From the NCBI RefSeq assembly GCF_009914755.1, contig NC_060943.1: DNA of 64,000 nucleotides; one strand, 5' to 3'. The notes beneath the pieces were generated by a model. That model saw only the letters and a program-made list of their open reading frames with translations, searched no databases and was not told the origin of the DNA. The first letter of the stretch is position 1. Every line of letters begins with the position of its first letter. The stretch comes from the human T2T-CHM13v2.0 reference genome, Homo sapiens. Made by a program: the position numbers and the translations under genes. Below, one piece after another: positions 11,375-47,179 of the stretch.

Positions 11375-11430
11375 CTGCACCTGCACAGCAGGGGCAACAG
11401 CAGCATCTTGGGTTTGGAGGGGGGTGAGTC
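11375..11430 (-). pseudogene. Siglec leader-exon relic (MLLLPLLC)
   Basis: ATG at 11406; + strand cacagcaggggcaacagcagca matches SIGLEC5 exon 1 cacagcaggggcagcagcagca. Confidence 0.7.
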
Positions 11431-13359
11431 TGGGACTCCTGACATCGCCTGATGAGTCTCTTCTACCTGGAGATCAAGGCAGCTACAGAAAGAGCACAGC
11501 TAGAGACTTTTCCTGGATTGAGCTGCTCCAAGTTCCTCTCTCTGTTAGGAGTCCTCTTCCCTCAAACAACTACCAGGGAAGTGAAAGCTGACCTCCTTTT
11601 ACCCCAGGCCTACTGATAACCTGTTCAGTGCCCCCTGCCATCTCATTCCTCACTCAGATCTTGCCTCCTCCAGGCATCCATTCCTACCTCTCCTCAGAAA
11701 ATGAATGGGGCATGCCCCACCTCTTCTCTGTTCACTTGGAACTCGGAGATCTCTCTCAGAGCAGAAGAGTGTAGGAACCCTGAAACTGAATCTTCTGCCC
11801 CTCCACCCATCACACAAGAAGTCACGAGAAGGTGGAACTGAAACTCACCTGCAAGGGGGGCCCTTCATGGTCAGAGACGGTGACTCAGAACTGAGGCCCT
11901 GGCTCCAGCTTCACACTCGACTGTGATGTTTGTGGTTTTTCTGGTGTCAATTTGAGTTCAGAAAGTCACTGAATTTTTGTATGTCTCCTCGCTTATTCTC
12001 AGGTTTCTGATAAGCCCTTCACTCACACCTTCAGTGTGAGTTTTGACTTCTTGACAGTTCCTCCAGCCCTATGGGCCTCCCATCTTCACAGTATTTATCA
12101 GATCTCTCCCTCCTTAACGCACATCCATTTTACCCTGACATTGCCTTGCCTGTTCTGCCCTTCATGACAACTCTCTCCATCCTGTGGTCCACTGAGGCCC
12201 CAGGATCCTTTTCCTAGTCTAAACACTTACTATTCATGTAGAATGAAGGAAAACTTAGAATTTATTTCTGTGACCCCTCAGCTCCAAATATAACTTCACA
12301 ACCAGCCTTCTAATAGATCCTTCATTCCTTCATTTGAGCTGATTCAGGATTTGGCACAGAGTCAGGTATGGAAAAGGATCACATATCATGTTCTGTTTTT
12401 CAGAACACCATGACAGGACAAATAAGGGATTCAAAGCAAGAGCAAATTATCAACTCACTGGAAAAGGAAGGGAGGAAGAGATGGAGCCTACCACATAGAA
12501 GGTTTCCTGGAAGGAGTGAGGGCAGAGTCAGCCCAGAGAGGCAAGGATCCCAGTGGCCTGTGAGAAATGCACCATCTCTCTGAAGTTAAGTCTTCTCTTC
12601 CCTAAAATGAGGGGGACTTCAGAAGAAGACTGAGGAGGAGTTTGAATGTCCTCTGACCAGCACCTCTGTCCTGCAGCACAGAATGTAACCAACTCTGCTT
12701 TCCAACCTTCTTACCTCTGCATTTGAGACAGGACAGAGTTCTGCTCCCAGGGGGCGCTCCACCCGCCATGCCCGATTTGGGGAACAACTAGCCCAGGGTT
12801 GGCGCTGTCCATGGTTCTGCACCACAACTGTGCTCTGAGTTCAGGAAACTCCCAACTCTGCCATGGACACGAATTTACAAGCACACGGTTCTGAGCTGTA
12901 GGCCAGCGGGGCACCTAAGTCAGAGAGGCTTCGAAAAGGCTGGGTCCCTTTTGGGAAGGAGAGGCCAGGGAAAGAGACTTATCGCTGTGCTTTTCCTCTC
13001 ACTCCTCTTGTTGAGCTAAGGATCATTCTTTCGAATTGTAGTACCGGCCTGGCTAAGGGACAGGGAAGAACAAGGTATTTTTCTGAAGTTCCAGATTATG
13101 CTGATGTTGCTGGCTCTTGGACCACGCTTTAAGTAGCAAGTCCGTGCCTGGATCTCCTCTCAGATAAGGGTTTAGGAAAGAGATGGACATTCACTGAAGC
13201 TCCCCAAGTTCCAGACTCAGGGCTGTGCTTTTCTATATATGCCTCATTTAATCTTCATAACCAACCTAAGAGAGGTTTGGTTAATAATTCTCATTTGACA
13301 GAGTGGGAAACAGAGACTGGATGTATACGCGATTTCATGGGGTCTCACATTATTGGTGC

Positions 13360-13360
<1 letters not shown>

Positions 13361-13408
<48 letters not shown>
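13361..13408. repeat. (TA)n(TG)n microsatellite at an Alu tail
   Basis: Direct reading. Confidence 0.9.
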
Positions 13409-13409
<1 letters not shown>

Positions 13410-13848
13410 TTTTTTTCTTTTTTTTTTTTTTTGACACAAAGTCTCACTCTGTCACCCATGCTGGACTGCAGTGTCATGATCTCAGCTCACTGCAGTCTCA
13501 ACCTCCAGGGCACAAGTGATCCTCCCATCTCAGCCTCCTGAGTAGCTGGGACCACAGGCACCTGCCACCATGCCCAACTCATTTTTGTTTATTTTTCGTA
13601 GAGATGGGTTCTTACTATGTTGCCCAGGCTCTTCTTGAACTCCTGGGCTCAAGCGATCATCCCATCTCAGCCTTCCAAGTAGCTAGGACCACAGGTGTGT
13701 GCTTCCATGCCCACTAACTTTTTTTTCTTTTTGTAGAGACAGGGTCTCACTACATTGCCAGACTCGTTCCAAACACCTGGGCTCAAGTGATCCTCCTGCC
13801 TCACTCTCCCAAAGTGCTGGGATTACAGGCATGAGCCACTGAGCCTGG
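13389..13848 (-). mobile_element. AluJ-like, three monomers
   Basis: Diverged antisense Alu arms. Confidence 0.8.
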
Positions 13849-14569
13849 TGATATTTTCCACTGTGATGTTGTCAAATCTATCAAGATTTTTGGTAAGAAG
13901 GATGAGTTTTTATTAACTTTTTGTCATAATCTCCTTAAAGAAAATTATTTTTTCTTCAAAAAATTTAAGAAAAGATGACTATCAGAAGATCAGACATTTC
14001 CTAGCTTGCAATATTTTTCCATGTTTGTGTTATCAGAAATATACTTACCATTCACATTGTGTGATCATCTGTTATGCTGAGAAATAGAACATGCGGGCAC
14101 CCCAGGAATCTTAGAACCCCTCTTTGTTTCCCACCCTCCCTGACCTTCTTATGAGTACCACCTTGCTGATATTTGGGATTATCCTTTTCCCTGCCTTTGC
14201 CCATAAGCATAATACCTGTGTATATATTTTTAAGCAAGAATAATTGCTTTAAACATTCACACAAATGGAACAATGTGGTAATGTGTATTTTGTATGGCCA
14301 AATAGGACTGCACTAGCTTTCCTTTTATTAATGTCGGCATAATATACTTTCACTTTTGGCCTTCTCTATCCTTGTACTTTACGTGTATATGTTGTAAAGA
14401 TCATATACTTGGAATCCATCCAAGTGGACTCTGTTTTAAACTGAAGCATTTATCCAATTATATTTAACATAAATATCCCATGTTATATTTTGTTTTCTGT
14501 ATGTGTCACCAATTCTACATTACTTTATTTCTCCGTTTTGTTTGTTTGTTTTGTTTACTAAGTAATTTT

Positions 14570-14857
14570 GTTGTTGTTTGGCTTTTTGTTTGTTTTTTGA
14601 GACAAGGTCTCACTCTATCACTCGGCTTACTGCAGTCTCCACCTTCCGGGCTCAGGTGATCCTCCTGTCTCGGCCTCCCAAGTAGCTGGGACTACAGGCA
14701 TATGCTACCATGCCTGGCTAAATTTTTTGTACTTTTTTGTAGAGGTGTGTTTTGCCATGTTGCCTAGGCTATTCTTGAACTCCTGGGCTCAAGTGATTCT
14801 CCACCCCTCGGCCTCTCGAAGTGCTAGGATTACAGGTGTGAGCCACTGCGCCTGGCT
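14570..14857 (-). mobile_element. AluJ
   Basis: Antisense dimer. Confidence 0.85.
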
Positions 14858-16604
14858 GGTTTACTAAGTTTTTAATAGTATACCTTTAGTGATCACTAGG
14901 TTGAAAGTTATATATTATGATTCTGTTCTTTTAGCCGTCATGAGAAAAATTTACAGCATGCCTTATTAACCTATCAAAGTCTTTAGTAAATGAAAACCTC
15001 TCTCTCCTCCTGGATAATATATGGATATTGGGACATGTAAAATACACTTACCTTGGTACTTAACTATTGTGATTGTCAGGAATTCTAAACTATCTTTTGT
15101 TTTTATTAAAGCTCCCCCATTTACTTGCTCTGAAAGATCATTATTGCTTTCTCATTTTTGAGTTGACTTTACTGAGTATAGATTGCAAATTGATGTTAGA
15201 AATAGTATTTGCCTTCTTCTACTCTCCAGGTTGCTACTGATAATTCAGTTGTCAATTAAATGACTTTTCTTTTGAAGGTGATCCTTTTTCTCTGGTAGCT
15301 GTTCAGATTTTTTTCCTTGTCTTCAGTTTTGATTCAGCCTTACCTTGACACAAACCCAATGTAGGGATGGTCTCTTTTGACATTTGCAACCTTTCGCTGG
15401 GCCACAGACTTAACCTTCATTTCCAGAGCCACATGCAAGACCAAAGAACCAAAGCTTCCTTTTTCAATATGAGCAAATGCCCCTGGGAATTTTGGCTTAG
15501 TGATTCTGCTTACTTCTCTGGGTTCAGCCTTTCCCCAGAATTTTGGCCTAAGTTTCCATTTTCTTTTCAGGCATTCTATACTATTTAAGGGAAGGATTCT
15601 TTTTCTACTCATTTTTTCCCCAAAAGATTTTATTATTTTCAACACAAGGCTTGATCAAAATTATCTAACCTGTCATAACCAAAACAGTAGTCACAATTCA
15701 CCTTCTTTACAGTGATGAAAATGAAGTTTGGGTGGTAGATATTGAGAATCAATGTCCTCCCAGTACTCCACTGGAATTATCCACTCATTTCCTCATGACC
15801 ACTTGCTGAAGTTTCTAACATTGTCATTTATCTGGGTTTGGAGATACCCTAGATAAGTAACTGGAGAATTTTTAGCTGCTTTTGGTTTAGCATTTTAAAA
15901 AATAAATTAGTTCAATTTTAGAGGAGGGAGAGTATAAGTTCTTTCTTCAGTCCACTCTTCCAACTCAAGACCACCCATTAACTCATGTTTGGAGGAAAAG
16001 ATAGTGTAAGCCAGATGAAAGCAAGGAGGCATGGCTTCCAGGAGGAGGAATCTCAAATTGCAAAGACAGTGTGGTATGAACCAGCATGAAAGGCTTAAGG
16101 AAGGGTTAGGCAAGAGGAAAGTATAAATGAATAGATAGCAGGGAGATCATGAAGGACTTTATGTGTCAGGGGAGATGCTTGTGATATATTGTCTAAGGCC
16201 AGGGGGCCGTGAATGGGTTTGGGCAGGAAAGAGTTAGACTCAACTCTTTGGCTGTTGGAAGGATTCCTATGGGTCTCATAAATGAAGGACTGGAGCCAAT
16301 GGAATATGATGCAAGGATTGCAGGTAAAAGTGGGCAAAGATATGACTCTGGCAAGGATATAAGATCCCACATCATGAACCAAGTGCCAGGCTGAGGGGCT
16401 GGTCTTTCCTAGGGAGTCTTCGAAGAGTTTTGGGAAGGGGAGTGACACCAACATATTGCTGCCCTGTTTTTTGTGCCTGGTCATCCCCAGCCTTGAGAGA
16501 ACTTGCCAGCAGGACCTTTCTATTCAAGGAAGAGAGACCAGAAAGCACTGAGCACAACGCCCTGTTCCAGGACCCATGTTGGTTGATTTCCATGTGTTGA
16601 TTTC

Positions 16605-16610
16605 TTTAAT
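16605..16610 (-). terminator. Candidate SIGLEC5 polyadenylation signal ATTAAA
   Basis: tttaat on + strand, ~290 nt downstream of the SIGLEC5 stop. Confidence 0.5.
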
Positions 16611-16901
16611 GTTCACAACAACCTTTGAGGTAGCATGCATGATCTCTGATTTACAGAATGGGAAACTGAGGCACAGAGGGATGCAGTGAATTGCTTGATG
16701 ACAGTGCCAGGGCCTAGATTTGAGCCCACCTCTCTAATTCCATCATCTGTTTTCTTTCTGCTCTGCTTGGAGCACTTAAACATCAGTTAATGTTAACATT
16801 GCCACAAGGGCTCTTCGTGCTTCAGCAAGTGGTCCCTGACTTGTCCTTTCCCCCAGACAGGCTGTGGCTCCTCCAGCCAGGACTGAACTCTGGGCAAATC
16901 C

Positions 16902-35018
<18,117 letters not shown>

Positions 35019-35109
35019 GTCTCCATCCGCCAGGGCCCCAGCCCAGTCCCAGGTCCGGCTGTCAGGGAAGGAAATGCTCCAAATGTCCAAACGTGGGGTG
35101 GGGCTGAGA

Positions 35110-35230
35110 AAGCCCCGACAGGAAGCCGGAGGGTGAGTGAGAGCTGTGGACGCGCACAGAAGGGGAACTTGGGCATCACGTGCTGTTGGGGTGAGGCGGG
35201 GGCTGGGAAGCCATTCTGCTCCCACCCCGA
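35110..35230 (-). promoter_or_regulatory. SIGLEC5 proximal promoter/5'UTR motifs: ETS (caggaag 35119), PU.1-like (aggggaactt 35161), E-box (cacgtg 35177), GC box (35193)
   Basis: Motifs read directly upstream of the ATG; no TATA box seen; function inferred from myeloid promoter conventions. Confidence 0.5.
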
Positions 35231-35479
35231 CTGGACGCCGCAGGTGAAGATACTGAGGCCCCCAGACGATGTGAGGCTTGTCCAGCTGAGGATCTGGAGG
35301 TGATCACCCCTCAAATGATGTTTCAGTCATGAGTGAGATCCTCAGGGGGCTGAATGCAGAAAGAAAAGAGAAACAAGGGCTTGTCCTGGTGATGAGGTGA
35401 GATGTCAGAACCACCCTCCACCTAAAAACCATGAAACATTCTGGAAATACATAATTTTAAATTTGATTTTAAATGTTCA

Positions 35480-35782
<303 letters not shown>

Positions 35783-36318
35783 GTTCAAAAGGGCTGAAAA
35801 AAAATTTTTTTGACCCAAATTTCGTGGAGGGTCAGAGCATGAGAGAGCTGAAGCACTCTTATGTTAAGAAGATTCTTGGGACACAGCACAGTCCACTTTG
35901 GGTCTTGATGGACCTGAGGGTCTTGTGGGACGGCAGTGAAACACAAGCCCTGCTAAAGCCTCATCCTATTAAGGAGCTACAGAAGCAAATTTGCCACTGT
36001 GAGGCTGATGAAGCTCAATCTTCAATGCCCTCCCTTGCAGGATCCACTTTTCAGATGCCCAGGAGGGGCCCACGCAATGTGTGGAAATAACCTGCCTTGT
36101 TACTGCTCTTTTATGAAAGAAATTTCATAATAGTTTCCCAAAATTTAACAATATATTAAAAATTTTTCACATTCCGATTAATGTGTTGTGAGAATAAAGA
36201 CAGTTTCTTAAACTATCAATGATCAAAACAAACATCAACCACCCATGCCAGAAGAAATACCGACTTCTCTTTCTATTCTATCTATAAAAATTGTATTATA
36301 AAATTATTCTCCAATATT

Positions 36319-36646
<328 letters not shown>

Positions 36647-36843
36647 TCAGTCAAAAATATAGGGAAAAAGTATGCAGGTGTAGCAGACAGGTAGACTATA
36701 CTATTAACAAAAATAGTATGCCATTTTTCTGAGTTGTCTCATATTTTGACATTTTAGATTTTGTGATTTGATGTGTTTTCTCAGTCCAAAAATCATCCTA
36801 TGTGTGCCAAATTTTGTATTTTTGTATTTTTTTTTCTAAAGAG

Positions 36844-37635
36844 TCACAAAGACTCTCTTCTTAACCAAACTTATGAAAGCTCCTCTGAACCCTTTTTTCA
36901 ACTAGGCTTTGTCCTTGGGACTGCCTTGTCCAGCTGTAGCAAGAATCCTGCTAAGTTGGTTTTGCAAGACTCTTGATATCTGATCGCCTTCACTATCTGA
37001 TCAAATTCCCTAGCCCTCACCCTTGGTATCTGATCATGCTGGCCTGCTTTCAGCAAGAATCCTGTTAAGTCAGTTTAGAAAGAATCCCGGTATCTTCAGT
37101 GTCTCCTCTTAGTAGTTTTCCGTCCACTAACACACACGGCCAGCCTCCCTCACCTGCTGCACTATGCTTCTTGCCCATAAACCCCCCTGGTCTTTGCTGT
37201 ATTCCGAGTTGAGCCTGACCTATCTCCATTATTGCACTAGTCTTTTTTTTTTTTTAATTGACTTCTGTTTTTTTCTTCTGAGACGGGGTCTCACTGTGTT
37301 GTCCCAGCTGGAGTACAGTGGTGCAACCTTAGCTCACTGCAACCTCCCCCTCCCAGGTACAAGCGATTCTCCTATCTCAGCTTCCTGAGTAGCTGGGAGT
37401 ACAGGTGCATGCCACCATGCCCAGCTTATTTTTGTATTTTTAGTAAAGATGGGGGTTTCACCATGTTGGCCAGGCTGGTCTCGAATGCCTGACCTCAGGT
37501 CATTTCCCTGCCTTGCCTCCCAAAGTGTTGGGATTACAGGCATGAGCCACTGTGCCTGGCCTGCACTAGTCTTGATACCTGTCTCAGTCATCCTGAATAG
37601 TCAATGTTAACAGGTGTCAGAATAATTTTTTCTTT
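36844..37635 (+). mobile_element. MER31-like LTR with an inserted antisense Alu (37270-37561)
   Basis: tcacaaagactctcttcttaaccaaac start; repeated agcaagaatcctg(c/t)taag. Confidence 0.6.
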
Positions 37636-38100
37636 TTTCTTTTTCTTATTGCAAATTCTGAACTTTATTCCTCATTTGAACTGTGAAAGTAATTCATCAT
37701 ACCGGCTAGTAGGATCTAAAGATAAAGACTTGATTATGTAGGAAAATGGTATTTTTATCTTTATATTAAAATCTTAATATTAAATTCCCTCTCCTAAAAT
37801 ACATAGTATGGCTTCTGTTTTCACATCAGCCTTAACTAATTAAATCTCAAGAGATGAATAAGTGAGCATTGGGTGATTTCAAATCCCTTTATGATATAAT
37901 TCATAGCCAACTAGAAATTCTCTTTAGAGAATTTCCCAAACAAGATAAAGGGTGTCTTCAGCAAACATCATATACCTAATGAAGTAGCTTCAGGTCCTAG
38001 CATAATAAGGCAATAAAAATAAGCAAAAGGTACAGCAATTACAATGAAATTTTAACAGAGGTCTTTATCAATGACATGACTGCACATATAGAAAAATCCA

Positions 38101-40868
<2,768 letters not shown>

Positions 40869-43039
40869 AATAACACTATTTATAAAGAGAAAGATTGAAA
40901 ACTTGACCCCTGGCCCAGACACTGAGCTCTACCTCTCTGAGGTCTTGCCTCCACAGGACCTGCACATCCAAAGGTCTTTTCTCCCCAGGACCCTGACATC
41001 CTACTCCAGCTCCCATAAGCCATGCTAAGGAGGCTGATTCTCTCCATGTTTCTCTGGCTTCCAAAGGGGAAAACTGAAGGGCACCTGCAGAGCACCTGAA
41101 GCCCAGAAGTAAAGGTGACCACTGAGACAAGGAGTGAGGTAGCAGTCATGGGTCTCAGGTCCCTGAAAGGAGAAGGCAGCACCTTTTTGAGAGAAGGTAA
41201 TGGGTGTTTCCTCTCCATTTGGCTCCAGGGTCCCTTCGGAGTGATGAGTAACTCCATGTGTGGTCCCACCCTCATCTCCACCTCTTGTTGCTCACTCTTG
41301 GAGAACTTGTGCCCCTGTCACTCTCACAGTGACTCCTTAGGTAAAAGGTTTATGTTCTACCACATCCTCTTAAGATATATCTCCCACTAACTCCCATCTG
41401 GAATCCCCCAGTGCTCAGAAAAGAGTTATTGTCCTGGGAGCAACTGAGGAGGTGACATTGATCTTGGGAATTCTATTTTTTATTTTCACCCTCTCTTTGT
41501 GATCGATCACTAGAGAACAGTTACCACGTGCCTGGCTGCAGTGAGTTTTAGGATTCCAGGATCCCAGGTGTAGGAGAATGTACAAAACATTAGGTCACTT
41601 GTTTCCTTGGGTGAGAGACAGAGATACCTGTAGGGCCAGCCCCAAACCCCACCTGGTCCTCTCAAGCATTTGTCCCACTCAACACTAGAGGCATCTCTCA
41701 AGCTGGAGATCCCAGATCTTGCCCTGGGACAGCTTCATTCCCCCAACCCCCATCCTCTGTGCTGTCTATTAAGTGCAAGAAACAAATGGGGTGAGAGAAG
41801 AGGAAATTGCAACCAGAAGCCACAAGATATAGACAGAAGGGCAGAAAAGGAAATTTCCCCACAGCCTCTACCAGGAAATCTGGGCCCCAAGGGCAAGGAA
41901 GAGGCCAGGCTGGCCCACCTCAGGGGCACAATGCCCATTCTAATAAAAGTAAAGTAACACAAAATACAGAATTGGATGAAAGAAGGAAAAAAAGAATTGA
42001 GGTAAAGAAATTACCATTTTCACATTCAAGAAGGGCTACAGAGTTTGCCTCGAGAGAAGTGTGTATATAGTTTATCACTACTTTGTTTTCAAATTAAACT
42101 GGTGATAATATTTTTTATTGAGGTGAAATTCAGACGAAAAAATTACTAGTGGTAATTTTGGATGTATAAACTTTTGAAGGATGAGGTGAAGAGGAAGCTA
42201 AAATGATGCTGGATAAAAAAAGGAAGATGAACGTTAAGGCTCCCCCTTGTGGAGGATAGAGAAAGCATTTTTAAAAGTTCTGGATTCAGTGGCAATGAGA
42301 TGAGGATTTGGGGGATGACCTCTTGGACTCAACAACGTGGTACTAGGACACAAAATCCAGTGAAAGACTTTCTGTGGTGGGGATGAATGGTGAATTTTTG
42401 CAACACGATGTCTAGCATCCAATTTAACCTACTTCTTATCCTGAAGAGCCATTCCTTTCTGCTGCTCCCAAACCTTGAATGAAGAGTGCTACCCAAAATA
42501 TACTTGTACAAAGTGCTGGGAAAGGCAGGAAAGAAGTCTTTGTTCTCACGTTTGGGGAAGGGATACCAGCTTGCATATGTCAATCACCCGTCACCCTCAG
42601 GAACTCTCCCACATATTGTGGTAAGTTGGCAGCTTTGGGTTCTCTGTGATTATTAAGCATGAGAGATCCAGTTACTTTCTGGGGATCTTAAAATCTGAAC
42701 AGGATGCAAGATTTGGGAATTACTGGTTTGTACCATCAAAACTTAAATCTGCTCTTAAACTCTTGGAATATATCAGCCTGGTGCAGTACAATTTTAACAA
42801 ATTCAAAGCAGGAGAGGAGGAGCTGAGAACAAAGTTACAACCTGTGACTGAGTTGATGGTATGATAAATTGAGGCAGGAATTATGTGGAGGCAATTATGA
42901 AGGACTCCAACTAGGAGAGGTGTGGACTGAGAGAACACCCTGGTAGCTATGAAGTCTTTACTTTTGATTGGGCATCCATTGGATAGATATATTCAGCTTA
43001 CATTTCTATTATATTTGATTGAAAGTGTTGACAAAAAAA

Positions 43040-43830
43040 GTTTTATTTTGGTAAAATAATGCATAACACAAATTTTAACATTTTAACCACTTTTAAATGT
43101 ATGGTTCAGTGGCACTGAATATATTCATCTTGTTTTACAACTGTCACAACCATCCATTTCCAGAACTTTTTCATCTTTCCATACTGAATCTGTGTACTCA
43201 TTAAACACTGACTCTCCATTTCCTTCTCATCCCAGCCCTTAGCAAGCGTCATTCTACTTTCTGTATCTATGCATTTGACTATCTCAGTATCTCATATAAG
43301 TAGACTCTTATGACATTTGTGCTTTTCTGTCTGGTTTATTTCACCTAGCATAATGTCTTCAAAGTCATACACATTAAAGCATTTGTTAGAACTTCATTCC
43401 GTTTTAAAGCTGAATAAGATTTTATTTGATGCATACTACATTTTGTTTCTCCATTTATCCACTGATAGACATTTATGTTGCTTCCATGTTTTGGCTATTG
43501 TAAATAATGCTGCTGTGAACATTGGGGTACAAATATCAGACTCCCTGCTTTCAATTCTTTGGGGTATCTACTCAGAAGTGGAATTGTGGAATTGCTGAAT
43601 TACATAGTAATTACATGCTTTGTTTTTCGAGGAATTTTCATACCATCTTCCATAGTGACTGCACCATTTTACATCCCACCAGCAATGCACAAGGGTTTCA
43701 ATTTCTCCAAATCTTCACCAATATTTGTTATTATCTGGTATTGTTTTGTTTTTTAATAGTGGTCATTCTAACGTGTACGAAGTGGTATCTCATAATGGTT
43801 TTGATTTGCATTCCTGTAATTATTACTGTT
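43040..43830 (-). mobile_element. L1MB-like 3' fragment
   Basis: attctactttctgtatctatgcatttgact...gctattgtaaataatgctgctgtgaacatt. Confidence 0.75.
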
Positions 43831-44111
43831 TATAAAATTGTATAAGTATTTATGTGTTGGAAATTATAAATTAGTTTTCAATATTTCAATATTGAGAAGT
43901 GTTAAAATAATATGAACTTACTCAACTTACCTTTCAAAATTGGAAGATCTAGCACTCCCCTTATGACAGTGATTAACTGGGGATGAACAAGAACTGCCTC
44001 TTTTACTTTGCCACACTTTCTATTCTGTACTTTGGTGGTTCAAGCTATCTCTTCCAATGAAAATTACCCAAACAATAAAGAGGGGAAAAACATAGGATGG
44101 AAAAGATAAAT

Positions 44112-44470
44112 TGTCTCAGTCCATTTGGGCTGCTATAACAAAATACCTTAGGCTGGGTGATTTATAAACAACAGAAATTTATTTCTCATAATTCTGGAGG
44201 TCGGGAAGTCCAAGATCAAGGTGCCAGCGGATTCAGTGTCTGGAGAGAATTATTTGCTTCCCAGATAGTATCTTTTCGTGTTATCCTCACATGGCAGAAG
44301 AGGAAAACACACTTCCTTCTGTTTCTTTTATGAGAACACTAATCCCATTCATGAAGGATGGCACCATTATGGGTTAATCACTTTCCAAAAAGCCCCAACC
44401 TTTTAATACCATCACCTTGAGGTTTAAGATTTCAACATATAAATTTTGGGAAGACACACATTTCTATTAT
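44112..44470 (-). mobile_element. MLT1A/MST-type MaLR LTR
   Basis: tgtctcagtccatttgggctgctataacaaaatacc...tttcaacatataaattttggg. Confidence 0.75.
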
Positions 44471-45372
44471 AGCATAAATAAAGTATATCAAGAGTTAAAG
44501 CATATAGAAAAAAAGCAAATATTGCACTCTCTTTGCTACATGCACTTAGGGAAATTAAAAGAAAAACACCTGAAGTTTATAAAAGTTAAATTCATGAAAA
44601 AGAATGAAGAAATTATAAAAGCAGCAAGACATAAACAGATATTGCCTTAAATGGAACCACAATAAGAAAATGATGACTGAATTGTCATGAGAAACTCACC
44701 CGCCCTCCAAAGTGGAATGACATCTCCAAAAGGTTAAAAGAAAAATGCAAAGCTAGAATTCTACATTTTGGAAAATTATCCTTCAAAACGAAAGAGAAGG
44801 AGTCGTGCTTTTATTATGAAGGAGTAAGCTCCTAGCAGAGTGAACTCACCACAACACAACAAAACAAACAAACAAAAAATCCTTACAAGTTATAAGCTTT
44901 GAATGGGGAAAAAAAACTACTTGGGAAATGGGATAAAAGAAAATAGATTCTGGAACGGGAGTCAATATTTGGGGAAAGGCACCAACAAGGAATAAATAGC
45001 TTTATTCCAATGGTAGGTCAGAGCTACAGTGCAGAAAGTGGCTGCTAAAATTCTAATACAACTCCTTCCATCTTTCTGGACTGAGAAACAAGGGATGAAG
45101 CCCAGGGCAACTAGGAACACTGAAACAACAGGTAACAATTCTGGAAAGGGAAGAGCTAGGGAAAAGGAACTCCAGCTTCTGAGTATAAATGCTTTCCATT
45201 TCAAATATAATGAGGTGAGGCTAGGACTTAAAGGATGTGAAAATGCATACTATGCAAATACTAGTCAAAAGAAAACTGGAATGGCTATGTTAATAGCAGA
45301 CAAAGTACACTTAAGAGCAAAGAAAATCACAGGAACAAAAAGTGATGTTACATAATGTAAAACAGTTGATTC

Positions 45373-45670
<298 letters not shown>

Positions 45671-46014
45671 TTAAGTTGATTCTTTAAGAAGACATGAGAA
45701 TTCTTAATATGTATGCACCTAACGACAGAGTTTAAAAATACATGCAGCAAAAACTGATGAAACTGAGAGGAGAAACTGACAAATCCAACATTAGGATCAG
45801 AGACTTCAACATTCCTCTCTCAGTAATAGACTGAGCTAGTAGACAAAAAAGTTACCAGCTATAAAACTGAACACCATTGGACAACTATGTCTAATTGCCA
45901 TTTAATATTCGTCCCATAACAGGGCAATACACATTCTTTCTAAGCACACATGGAGCATTCACCAAGATAGACCAGTGTCATCAAGCAAACTTAACCAACA
46001 TAAAAGACTCTCAC

Positions 46015-46631
46015 GGTTGGTGAAAGTGAAAGTTAGTTCAGCCATTGTGGAAGACAGTGTGGCGATTCCTCAAAGACCTAAACATAGAAATACCATTCGA
46101 CTCAGCAATCCCATTCCTAGGCATATACCCAAAGGAATATAAATCATTCTATTACAAAGACACATGCATGCATACATTCACTGCAGCACTATTCACAATA
46201 GCAATGACATGGAATCAACCTAACTGCCTATCAGTGGTAGACTGGATAGAGAAAATGTGGTACATATACACCATGGAATACTAAGCAGCCATAAAAAAGA
46301 ATGAGATTATGTCCTTTGCAGGGACATGAGTGGAGCTGGAGACCATTATCCTCAGCAAACTATCACAAGAAGAGAAAACCAAATACCACATGTTCTCACT
46401 TGTAAGTGGGAGCTAAATGATGAGAACACATGGATACATAGAGGTGAGCAACACACACTGGGGCCTTTCAAAGGGTGGAAGGTGGGAGGAGGGAGAGGAT
46501 GAGGAAAATAACTAATGGGTACTAGGCTTAATATCTGGGTGATGCAATAATCTGTACAACAAACTCCCATGACACTTTACCTATGTAACAAACCTGCACT
46601 TGTGCCCCCTGAACTTAAAAGTTAAAAAAAA
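46015..46631 (+). mobile_element. L1PA/L1PB 3' end
   Basis: ORF2 C-terminus WKTVWRFLKDL...WYIYTMEY followed by L1 3'UTR and A tail. Confidence 0.88.
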
Positions 46632-47008
46632 TCATATCAAGCATGTGTATTTATTAAAATGGAACTTAAAAAGAAAGTAGTAACAATTTGTTTAAAAATA
46701 AAAAACCAGTAAAATCTGCAATCACTTAGAAATTAAACAACACACTTCTAAGCAATCCGTGAATTCAAAGGAAATCTCAGGGGAAAGAAGGAAATATTTT
46801 GAACTAATATAAAAATACAACATAACAAAACTTTTGTGGTGCAGCAAAAGTGATTAAAGGGAAAATGCAGAACCAGTGGATACAGAAGGCTGACTGTACG
46901 ATATTAAAAGCAAAAAAAACCCCACCAAAACTGAGAATGAGCTATTGATACGTGTAACAACATGGATAAACTGGGAAAACCACACTGAAGAAATGAAAGC
47001 AGACCCTA

Positions 47009-47179
<171 letters not shown>

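Noticed and set aside
12660-12920. Possible further Siglec Ig exon after acceptor ctctgtcctgcag
   Set aside because: Only scattered residue similarity and no consistent frame; needs a profile search.
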